DNA of 17,230 nt from Candidatus Micrarchaeota archaeon (GTDB lineage: Archaea > Micrarchaeota > Micrarchaeia > Anstonellales > Bilamarchaeaceae), in NCBI GenBank assembly GCA_018304385.1, contig JAGVWJ010000026.1, positions 1 to 17,230 of the forward strand, written 5' to 3'. Shown here piece by piece: positions 1 through 7,896 of this stretch. The notes beneath the pieces were generated by a model that saw only the letters and a program-made list of their open reading frames with translations, was not told the origin of the DNA and searched no databases. Position 1 is the first letter of the stretch. Every line of letters starts with the position of its first letter. Made by a program: the position numbers and the translations under genes.

Positions 1-1
1 C

Positions 2-589
2 GCATACGGTACTGAGCTTCCAACAAAGCGCTTGTCAGTTTCTGTTCATGTTGCTGTTGGAGATGCACTTGTTGCTTTACCAGTTCCAGTACCTACTGAA
101 GCAATAGGTGCATATTCATTAGCTTTTGGCAGTATGGTAATGCATAAGCTTGGAAATCCACAACAAATTTTAGATGCAATAGAAAAACTTGCTAGGGCAT
201 TAGTTTCTGTCAGAGAACCATTACAACTAAACATAGAGAGTTTTCGTTTTGCCACTACTGAAGCAGGCATTTCAGTTGCAGAAAATTTGCTTGGTGATGG
301 TAGCACAGATCATAAACGCTTTTGCGCAGCATTAGCAGTAATTCTCGAGCTCCAAAACATAGTTGGTAAAACTACAGTTGAGCTTTATCTAAAGGCAAGA
401 ACCCTAAAGGCTGGCGCAGTGAGTGACGTTTCTATGTATTTTGATGAAGTAGTTAGAGACAAAGGTTTAGCAGCAGAGCTTGATGTTGGAACCTACGAAC
501 ACCTTATTAGATGCGCACTTAAGCTTGACCAGATGCCATATGCTGAGTCTATGTCCTATCATCTAGTTACAGTAGAAATTAGAAAATAA
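2..589 (+). CDS. Hypothetical protein, C-terminal part (5'-truncated by window edge)
   Basis: Frame 2 is open from position 2 (AYGTELPTKRLSVSV...) to TAA at 587-589, so the TTG at 32 is internal. No recognisable motif. Abuts the convergent antiporter gene. Confidence 0.7.
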   Translation, partial: AYGTELPTKRLSVSVHVAVGDALVALPVPVPTEAIGAYSLAFGSMVMHKLGNPQQILDAIEKLARALVSVREPLQLNIESFRFATTEAGISVAENLLGDGSTDHKRFCAALAVILELQNIVGKTTVELYLKARTLKAGAVSDVSMYFDEVVRDKGLAAELDVGTYEHLIRCALKLDQMPYAESMSYHLVTVEIRK

Positions 590-1633
590 TTATCTCACAA
601 AATAAAACAACACAGCAATAATAAGATACATAATAACTAGCTGTGCACCTTCAAACCAATTGCATCTACCATCAGTTGATATCTCATTTACAATAAGCAC
701 GCTTGCGAATACTGCGATAACTTCAAATGGTGTGAATACCAAGTCCATCGGCTGGCCAAGCGCTATACCAGCTAGCACAGCAACAGGTGCTACAAATAAA
801 GCGATCTGCAAGCTGGAACCAACAGTTACATTTACGCTTAAATCAAGATCATTTTTCAATGCGAAGAATATAGCACCTGCGTGTTCGGCTGCATTACCGA
901 CTAACGCAACAATAATCCCACCAATAAACAATTCAGTTAATCCAAAGTCTTGTGCAACATGCTCTATCTGCCCAACAAATACTTCACTGATTATTCCCAG
1001 AGCGATAGTGGATGCCGCCAGTACACCTATAGCAAAATTTTTACTCCAGTGAGCTTTTTCTTCTTTCTCCTGTTTTCTAAATAAATATTCGTGTGTTTTT
1101 AGCGAGAAAACTATACTTAACAAATAAATTGAAATTAGAAGGATCGAAACAGCTATACTGAGCAACTGCTCATCGTTTCCACGATGCTCTACTGGCACAA
1201 AATGAAATAAACTCGGAATCATTATACTCATAAAAGCGATCAGGAGCATTGTTGAATTCAAACCAGCTAAATGTGTTGAAAATTTTTGTTCTTTAAATTT
1301 TAATCCACCAATAAACATACTAATTCCAAATACGAAAAGTAGATTGCCAATTATGCTTCCGGCAAGTGATGCCTTAACTAAATCTATCAGTCCTCTGTTA
1401 ATTGCCAATAGTACAATAATCAGTTCTGCAGCGTTTCCAAATGTTGCATTAAGCAGTCCGCCAATATGGCCCCCATATATTTTTGCTAATTCTTCTGTTG
1501 CCTCACCCATTTTCGCTGCTAATGGTAAAATAGCAAATAGTGAACTAGCGAATAATAATGTACTATCAGCGTGCGTTAGATTAAGAAAAATAGTAATTGG
1601 GATGAAAATAAGCAGAATATCCATTATGCGCAT
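590..1633 (-). CDS. cax: Ca2+/H+ antiporter (CaCA family, CAX/ChaA-type)
   Basis: About 10 hydrophobic segments, with alpha-1 repeat GLLNATFGNAAE and alpha-2 repeat LVGNAAEH, plus GSSLQIALFVAP and NWFEGAQL typical of CAX proteins. Start is 1633 or 1624. Confidence 0.93.
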   Translation of the reverse strand: MRIMDILLIFIPITIFLNLTHADSTLLFASSLFAILPLAAKMGEATEELAKIYGGHIGGLLNATFGNAAELIIVLLAINRGLIDLVKASLAGSIIGNLLFVFGISMFIGGLKFKEQKFSTHLAGLNSTMLLIAFMSIMIPSLFHFVPVEHRGNDEQLLSIAVSILLISIYLLSIVFSLKTHEYLFRKQEKEEKAHWSKNFAIGVLAASTIALGIISEVFVGQIEHVAQDFGLTELFIGGIIVALVGNAAEHAGAIFFALKNDLDLSVNVTVGSSLQIALFVAPVAVLAGIALGQPMDLVFTPFEVIAVFASVLIVNEISTDGRCNWFEGAQLVIMYLIIAVLFYFVR

Positions 1634-1650
1634 GAATAAGCATTAATTGA

Positions 1651-1663
1651 ATATATTTTAAAA
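1651..1663. promoter_or_regulatory. Shared bidirectional TATA-like element for cax and GGGP synthase
   Basis: ATATATTTTAAAA lies in a 52-nt divergent gap, roughly 20-30 nt from both start codons (1633 minus, 1686 plus). Confidence 0.55.
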
Positions 1664-1685
1664 CAATGCGACCAATATCTCAATT

Positions 1686-2462
1686 ATGAAACCAGGAAAG
1701 GTAGAACAATACATACATGAACAGTTAGCAAAAAAAGGCGCCTTGCTATTTGCACTAATTGATCCGCTTGATTATAAATCGCCAGAAGATGCAATAAAAA
1801 CTGCAAAGCAAGCAGATCAGGCAGATTGCGATGTGGTGCTTATAGGTGGAAGTACTGGCGTGCAGGGCGAGATGCTCGATAATCTAACTAAAGCGATTAA
1901 GCAAGTAGTTAGCGTGCCAGTTGTACTGTTTCCTGGCAATATTGGTACAGTAACAAAATACGCAGATGCAGTTTATTTCATGTCGCTTCTGAACTCTAGA
2001 AATCCATATTGGATAAGCGGAGCACAGATGCTTGCAGCGCCAATGGTTAAGCAATGCGGAATAGAGCCATTACCTGTTGGTTATATCGTAGTTGAGCCTG
2101 GCGGAACAGTTGGCCATGTCGGTGAGGTTAATCTAATGCCGCGAGATAAGCCAAAGCTTGCAGCATCGCTTGCATTAGCAGCGCAATATATGGGAATGAG
2201 ATTTGTAATAACTGACACAGGAAGTAATCCGAAGGATGGGTATGTACCATTGGAGATGGTTAGCGTAGTTGCGAGCGTGCTCGACGTGCCATATATAGTT
2301 GCTGGCGGCATTCGCAGTGCAGAGGATGCAAAAAATGTTGTAACAGCAGGTGCATCTGCAATACAAGTTGGCACTGCATTCGAACAAGGTAATGCAACTG
2401 CAAAAATGGTTGAAATGGTTAAAGCAGTGCGCTTAGCAGGCGCAAAGCGCATAAGAAAATAG
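1686..2462 (+). CDS. Geranylgeranylglyceryl phosphate (GGGP) synthase, archaeal group II type
   Basis: Motifs ALIDP, IGGSTG, LFPGN, DAVYFMSLLNSRNPYWISGAQ, GYIVVEPGGTVG, GGIRS and GTAFE match Methanothermobacter-type GGGPS. Confidence 0.92.
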   Translation: MKPGKVEQYIHEQLAKKGALLFALIDPLDYKSPEDAIKTAKQADQADCDVVLIGGSTGVQGEMLDNLTKAIKQVVSVPVVLFPGNIGTVTKYADAVYFMSLLNSRNPYWISGAQMLAAPMVKQCGIEPLPVGYIVVEPGGTVGHVGEVNLMPRDKPKLAASLALAAQYMGMRFVITDTGSNPKDGYVPLEMVSVVASVLDVPYIVAGGIRSAEDAKNVVTAGASAIQVGTAFEQGNATAKMVEMVKAVRLAGAKRIRK

Positions 2463-2493
2463 AGATTAAAACATTTCTAATTGTAATTGAATA

Positions 2494-4287
2494 ATGGCAC
2501 AAGCATATAAGAAAACAGAAATAGAACTAGCAGCTAAAGAGATTAAAAGCGACTTAGTAAGATTAGGTCTGAATAGAGTTAGTGACCATGTTGACCTAGT
2601 AATGAGAGATGCTATAAAAAGATCAGAGAGCCTAGAACAGTTTAGGCAAAAGGTATTTGATCTAATTGCAAAGAAGGATCCAAAGGCTGCGATAAATCTA
2701 TATCAGCAAGCAGAGGGCAGGAGGTATTGGGAATACCTAAAAACAGACGATCTAAAAATAGAGCTAAGTGGCAAGCAAGTTGCAGTAAAAGATGCGCTTG
2801 TAGCATGCGCAGCAATAAAAGATGAAAATGTAAGATTGGAACGATTCAAGGAAATAATTGGGCAGATAGCAGAAAAATTCAGATTAAGAGAAAAAGACGG
2901 CCAACAAAGAAATGGTTTTGGTATTTCTTATGATCTTCAGAGCTCAGATCCATCAGAGCTTATGGATCCTGCAAAAAGATCATTTAACTGTATCTCAGGC
3001 TCTATTATTCTAGGACAGATGATTATGTATGCCGCAGCACAAGTAGACGTGCAAGAGCATGTATCAGTAAAAGCACAATTGGTTGCATCATATTCATTAG
3101 GTGGTAGATGGGATGATGGTGGGCATGTAATGCTTAGGGTAGATATTAAAGACAAGGCATTTTTCTTTGATTCTAGCAATATGTTTATTGCAAATCATGG
3201 TTCTAATCTTATTTTAAATCCAGAAAAACCAACCCAGGTAACAATGAAAACATTTCGCACGGTTACATATAATCTAGGTGAAGCTGCAGATCTAACCCCT
3301 AAGTTTATGGAAGTAGTCAGATTCCAAGATAGATTATTTGATATGCATGGTGCAATAGATCCAAAAACTGCTGATCAAATATTAAAAATGCCGCCAATAT
3401 TTATTGCATATTTCGTTGGTCATTTAACAGAAAATCAACAAAGGGCATTTTTCAAAAGTTTTGATACAGAAGATATTAGAAGAATAAAAAGCCCTGCATT
3501 GAGGTTTAAACTTTCTGTACTTGCTGCATCAGTGTATGCAGAATCAAACCCTGCGCGTGCAAGGGCCTTTGGAGCATTAGCACTAACCTCTCTAAGCGCC
3601 ACAATTACTGATAGAGCAGAACGAGACAGGATGCCACTAGGCAACTTGCTTGATTCAAGCATCCAACTCGTAAAAATTATGAAAAGAGATAACGATCTTT
3701 TAGTTAGATCTGGAATTTGGGCATACCTGCCGTACGTAATAGCAAACTCTACAGGTGAGCTTTCTAAGCTTCAGGCAGCAGAGGTGAGAAGTTTTCTTAC
3801 TGCTTTTTATGAAAAAAACGATAAAATATTTGATAAATTGGAGGCAGGGCCAGTTATTAATTGTGTACGTGGATTGCTTACCTTAGATAATATCGTTGGC
3901 GCAGAAAGTTCACAAACTGAAGTAGTATTAAACGTGCTATATGCAAAAATGGGAATTAATAGAAGCAGATTAATAGCCTCATTGAGGAGCAAGGCAAAAG
4001 AATCTTATGATCCACACAAAGAATCCGTTCTAGCCAGAACTGATGCGAATTATATCCTAGAGATAAGTTTTCTAAATATCACAAACGAGATTTTTTCTGA
4101 AACCATGTTTTCTTTAGAAAATTTAAGGTATCGTGTTGCAAACAGTCCAATTGTTGGGCACGCTGTATATGCGATTTTAAAAGAAAAAGAAAGTCTTCAT
4201 AGTATATTTTTCGCAACAAATGTACAACCCCTAGGTCGTCCTAATAAAGATTTAAGGGTAAAGGCAAAAGAGCTAGGTTTGGTATAG
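2494..4287 (+). CDS. Hypothetical protein with putative transglutaminase/papain-like Cys-His-Asp core
   Basis: 597-aa ORF. FNC166ISG, GGH211VMLRV and FFFD226SS have the order and spacing of transglutaminase-like triads. The C-terminal region looks helical. No signal peptide or TM segment seen. Confidence 0.6.
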   Translation: MAQAYKKTEIELAAKEIKSDLVRLGLNRVSDHVDLVMRDAIKRSESLEQFRQKVFDLIAKKDPKAAINLYQQAEGRRYWEYLKTDDLKIELSGKQVAVKDALVACAAIKDENVRLERFKEIIGQIAEKFRLREKDGQQRNGFGISYDLQSSDPSELMDPAKRSFNCISGSIILGQMIMYAAAQVDVQEHVSVKAQLVASYSLGGRWDDGGHVMLRVDIKDKAFFFDSSNMFIANHGSNLILNPEKPTQVTMKTFRTVTYNLGEAADLTPKFMEVVRFQDRLFDMHGAIDPKTADQILKMPPIFIAYFVGHLTENQQRAFFKSFDTEDIRRIKSPALRFKLSVLAASVYAESNPARARAFGALALTSLSATITDRAERDRMPLGNLLDSSIQLVKIMKRDNDLLVRSGIWAYLPYVIANSTGELSKLQAAEVRSFLTAFYEKNDKIFDKLEAGPVINCVRGLLTLDNIVGAESSQTEVVLNVLYAKMGINRSRLIASLRSKAKESYDPHKESVLARTDANYILEISFLNITNEIFSETMFSLENLRYRVANSPIVGHAVYAILKEKESLHSIFFATNVQPLGRPNKDLRVKAKELGLV

Positions 4288-4794
4288 TTTTGCAAATCCT
4301 TCAAAAAATTTCAGTCGTTCTTCTTGAGTTGGCATAAATTTATCTTTCTTATACCAATATTTTCTAATTAATTCTGCTAATTCAGGTTTATATGCTTCAA
4401 CCATTCTTAAAAAATCTTGCTCAGCAGTTAATCTTATCTGTTCTATAGTAATCCCTAATGGTTCTGATATTTGAATAACCAATTCTCTTTCAAATAATCT
4501 TGGCAAGGCAAGGAATACAATTGCCATTTTTTCTCCATGGGTTTTTCTTTGATTAAACTCCTGCGCAAGCATTGTTAAATCGTCAACATAAGGCTTGCTA
4601 TCATCCTTTGATCTTTTCATAAGAGCCAGCGTATTTGCATATATTGTTTCATATACCTCGTTAAGTGCTATTCCATTTTTCTCTCTTACTAAATAATTAG
4701 CAAATTCAGATAATTCTTTTTTTATATTATCAAAATTTCTACATGTAACAAATTTATCTACTATACGATCAATTCTTTCAGATGCTGCAGGCAT
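4273..4794 (-). CDS. Hypothetical helical protein (~173 aa)
   Basis: Start placed at ATG 4794 (MPAASERIDRIV...), preceded by GGAG and an upstream AAAAATATAT. The 67-codon extension to 4995 covers hairpin-rich sequence and is not protein-like. 3' end overlaps the convergent ORF by 15 nt. Confidence 0.65.
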   Translation of the reverse strand: MPAASERIDRIVDKFVTCRNFDNIKKELSEFANYLVREKNGIALNEVYETIYANTLALMKRSKDDSKPYVDDLTMLAQEFNQRKTHGEKMAIVFLALPRLFERELVIQISEPLGITIEQIRLTAEQDFLRMVEAYKPELAELIRKYWYKKDKFMPTQEERLKFFEGFAKLYQT

Positions 4795-4856
4795 CGCTCC
4801 GTCGTAATCTTGTTTATTCTTACATGATATATTTTTACATGATACTAAAGCTATTA

Positions 4857-4995
4857 CAGCAACTTCAGCAAGCACTAATAGTCTTGAAGTACGAATTCCA
4901 TGTACTTCAAGAGATCGTGACTGAAAGTCACGGGATTTTGGAAATATTCTGCTCTTTGTTGCTTGATTTCGCTGCCCCCCGTAACCTAATCTCAT
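4857..4995 (-). ncRNA. Candidate structured non-coding RNA or long structured leader, family unidentified
   Basis: 11-bp hairpin 4882-4912, 7-bp hairpin 4916-4932, long closing stem CAAGCA/TGCTTG and outer CAGCGA/TTGCTG stem. TTTAAAAA on the minus strand at 5026-5019. Confidence 0.35.
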
Positions 4996-5038
4996 GTGTC
5001 CATATTTGTATAGAAATGTTTTTAAATTGGGGGTACTG

Positions 5039-6356
5039 CTATTCCGGATCCACTATTCTTATTTTCTCAACTTTTTTAGCTTTTGGTCTTCTTGGTTTTT
5101 CCACTCTCTCTAGCGATCTAGTAACTTCTAAATCAGAATTCGGAATAAGGGTTACTTCTTGTGGTCGATGCCCACTTAATTCTATTTTGAATGTGGCTGC
5201 CTGATCGCTTTTTTGAAATTCTATGCCTAGTGGTGTTGTTCCAAGTTCATTGTTATTATGAAAAACACGTGCACCACCAGGTGTTGTTCTAAAAACAAGT
5301 GTTACATCTTTCTTTATTACCTGTTTCGGTTCTTCTCTTCTTTCTGGTGTTGCTATTTCCGCTCTTTCAACTGGCTGTTTCAATTCATTTGTCCGTACTG
5401 GTTTAAATAATAGGAATACAGTTGCAAACGTTGCAATTGCAGCAGCTGCAGCGCCCACAATAAATAGTCTTGGTTGTCTTAATCTTCTTTCCATTATTTC
5501 TGTTGTGGGTGGAAGAACCACGCTATCTGATACAATCCCCCTCGCAGGTTCAACAACTGTTCTTTCTTCATTATCTTCATTTATTGCTCCTACTAAGTCT
5601 TCTATGCTCTGAAATCTATTATTTGGATCTTTTTCCAGTGCACGTAAAATTATTGATTCAACTGGGAGTGGGATATCAGAACATACCTTGCTAGGCGGTT
5701 TCGGTTGATGATTAATTTGCATATTTAATATTACTGCATTACTTTGGTCGTTAAATGGAACCTACAGCAGTAAGTTGCCCGCTTTCCTTTCCTAAATCTA
5801 AAAACTTTGCAAGTCCAAAATCAAGTACTTTAACGAAATTCCCTCTTCCATTTTTTTCTATTAGAAATATATTCTCAGGTTTTAAATCCCTGTGAACTAC
5901 TCCTTGTTTATGCGCTGCGGCAAGTGCGCCGCATACCTGTAAAATAATTGGTTTTGCACGTTCCCAAGTTAACTGATTTCCACCTATTAGTTCTTGTAAT
6001 GTTTTTCCTTTAAGATATTCCATAACTAAAAAAAGACGATCCTCTGTTGTCACGTCCATATCAAGAACTCTTACAATATTGTCATTATCTATAAGCGTAC
6101 CTGCCCGTGCCTCTCTTATAAAGCGTCTTACCGAATCACTATCACTGGCCAGCGTGGATGAGAGCACCTTTATAGCAACCTCCCCGCCGGTTAACTCGTG
6201 TTTTGCGCGATAAACTACACCCATTCCACCTCTTCCTAATTCCTCAAGAATAGTGAATCGTCCTGGTAGCGTTGATATGAGTGGGTCTTGTCTTAGACTA
6301 GTTGGTTTTCTTGGACCTGAAGTTTCACCTGCAGCTTGTCCATTTCTTAATCGCAT
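5039..6356 (-). pseudogene. Disrupted Hanks-type Ser/Thr protein kinase (kinase-TM-PEGA-like), with internal deletion and frameshift near 5751-5762
   Basis: 5' ORF 5751-6356 has LGRGGMGVVY, VAIK, HRDLKPEN and DFGLAK, then stops in the activation loop. A shifted frame resumes at 5761 with VPFNDQS...PKPPS...RALEKDPNNRF, a TM segment (LFIVGAAAAAIATFATVFLLF) and a PEGA-like domain (TTPGGARVFHNNNELGTTPL). The GTPxYMSPEQ and DIYSLG segments are absent. Confidence 0.85.
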
Positions 6357-6380
6357 GTTATATTTTATGGTTCGAAAGCA

Positions 6381-6413
6381 TTTTAACTTTATGCAGCCTG
6401 CAAAGGATTATAA
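6381..6413. promoter_or_regulatory. Divergent archaeal TATA-like elements for the kinase gene and pyrE
   Basis: TTAAAA on minus (6386-6381) is ~25-30 nt upstream of ATG 6356. TTATAA on plus (6408-6413), preceded by purine-rich CAAAGGA, is ~25 nt upstream of ATG 6436. Confidence 0.5.
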
Positions 6414-6435
6414 CTTTTCCATTATTTATACAATT

Positions 6436-7095
6436 ATGAATACTGACTTTATAGAATTTTTAGCTAAAAGCGGCGCGGTTAAGTTTGGCGAGTTCACGCT
6501 TAAAAGTGGTAGACAAAGCCCGTTTTTCATAAGTACTGGCGTACTATGTGATGGCGCAACAAGCTACGAACTAGGAAGGCATTTTGCAAGAAAAATAAAT
6601 GAGGTTTACGGCAATAATATTGACGCAGTCTATGGGCCAGCGTATAAAGGCATTCCGCTTGTAGTAGCAGTTAGCATTGCATTGCAAAAGGAGTTTTCAA
6701 TAAATAAACCCTGGATCTTTGATCGTAAAGAGAAAAAAACCTACGGAGATATAAGTGCATTTGTTGGCGCAGCGCTTGATATTAATGCACGTGTGGTAGT
6801 AGTTGATGATGTTTTTACAACTGGAGAAACAAAGATGGAAGCAGTTGATAAAATAGAACGCATAATAAAAGCCAAAGTAGTGGGTATCGTTATTGCTGTT
6901 GACCGACAGGAGAAGGGCGTGCGCCTAGGTGCAATAGAAGAATTTACCAATAAAACTGGAGTCCCAGTGCACAGCGTAACAACTATCAAGGATGTTTTTG
7001 ATCATCTTAAGAATAGAACTGTAGAAGGAAAGGTTTATGTTAGTAACAAAACATATGAAATGTTTATTGATTATAGAAAAAAATATGGAATATAA
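6436..7095 (+). CDS. pyrE: Orotate phosphoribosyltransferase
   Basis: FTLKSGRQSPFF, YGPAYKGIPL, DRKEKK and PRPP-binding VVVVDDVFTTGETK. Start moved to ATG 6436 because the upstream extension overlaps the kinase gene. Confidence 0.95.
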   Translation: MNTDFIEFLAKSGAVKFGEFTLKSGRQSPFFISTGVLCDGATSYELGRHFARKINEVYGNNIDAVYGPAYKGIPLVVAVSIALQKEFSINKPWIFDRKEKKTYGDISAFVGAALDINARVVVVDDVFTTGETKMEAVDKIERIIKAKVVGIVIAVDRQEKGVRLGAIEEFTNKTGVPVHSVTTIKDVFDHLKNRTVEGKVYVSNKTYEMFIDYRKKYGI

Positions 7096-7809
7096 TTATT
7101 GATGATATTCCTGCTCAAAAATCCTTAAATTAGGAAACACCTCTACACCAGTATTTCCTATTTTCATTGGGAATATATCCAAGCTATGGTCAGTTCCACG
7201 CATTTTTCGAACGAACAGTGCTCGTGTATGTCCACCACCGGTTTCTTTTGATATTATGCGCAACACAACAACGCCATCAACTATGAATTCTGAAAGACCG
7301 CTTACAGAATATAATTCTGATCTTTCTTTTATATCAGATACTGCGAGTGTGGTACAATTTAATTCTCTTATATAAAGATGCAGATCTCTTATTCCTTTTC
7401 TATTTTCTATTTCATCCTTAAAATACATGCCAAGCAATACTAGCGAATCAACAACAAGTCTTTTTGCTTTTATCTCATTAATAGAAGAAAATATGCATTC
7501 TTTCAGCGCTTCGTAACTATCTTTTTTTGGTTTTGTTACAATTAATTTTTTATTTTTTAATAGATTATCCACATCCCAACCAAAGTTTTTCATAACCTTT
7601 ATTACATCCTCAGGTTTCTGTTCAAGCGTTATATAAACTCCTGGTTCACTGTAAGTTTTTGCCCCGCTATAAACAAATTGCATACCAAATATACTCTTTC
7701 CTGTACCACATGAACCAGAAAGTAGAATGGTGTTTCCCATTGGAAAGCCACCCTCAATTAGTTTATCAAATCCAGGTACGCCACTTGGTGTTCTTTCAAT
7801 AATCGCCAT
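7096..7809 (-). CDS. Single-domain KaiC-like/RAD55-family ATPase (COG0467 type)
   Basis: SGVPGFDKLIEGG, Walker A GSCGTGKS, Walker B RLVVDSL, and RKMRGTDH arginine-finger region. Confidence 0.92.
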   Translation of the reverse strand: MAIIERTPSGVPGFDKLIEGGFPMGNTILLSGSCGTGKSIFGMQFVYSGAKTYSEPGVYITLEQKPEDVIKVMKNFGWDVDNLLKNKKLIVTKPKKDSYEALKECIFSSINEIKAKRLVVDSLVLLGMYFKDEIENRKGIRDLHLYIRELNCTTLAVSDIKERSELYSVSGLSEFIVDGVVVLRIISKETGGGHTRALFVRKMRGTDHSLDIFPMKIGNTGVEVFPNLRIFEQEYHQ

Positions 7810-7844
7810 GATTTTAAAAAACAGTTAAAGATTTTAAATCTAGC

Positions 7845-7892
7845 GAATTCCTACGGAATTCACTAACTGTCAAAATGGCGGCCATTTTGACA
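7845..7892. repeat. Two adjacent inverted repeats
   Basis: GAATTCC-TAC-GGAATTC (7845-7861) and TGTCAAAATGGC-G-GCCATTTTGACA (7868-7892; 12-bp arms, 1-nt spacer). Confidence 0.8.
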
Positions 7893-7896
7893 TACA

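Noticed and set aside
4916-4932. Possible tRNA-Phe(GAA) on plus or tRNA-Glu(TTC) on minus
   Set aside because: Only an anticodon-like arm. No matching acceptor pair, GG D-loop or TTCRA T-arm could be assembled, even allowing introns.
4795-4995. 67-codon N-terminal extension of the 4273 ORF
   Set aside because: Not protein-like and coincides with strong hairpins. ATG 4794 has its own upstream signals. Not fully excluded, because a TATA-like box lies about 25 nt before ATG 4995.
5751-5765. Programmed +1 frameshift or stop readthrough restoring the kinase
   Set aside because: A frameshift would join the two frames but cannot restore the roughly 39 missing residues of subdomains VIII-IX.
6253-6435. 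N-terminal extension of pyrE in the ORF track
   Set aside because: Overlaps the antisense kinase start and the divergent promoter region. OPRT similarity starts at ATG 6436.
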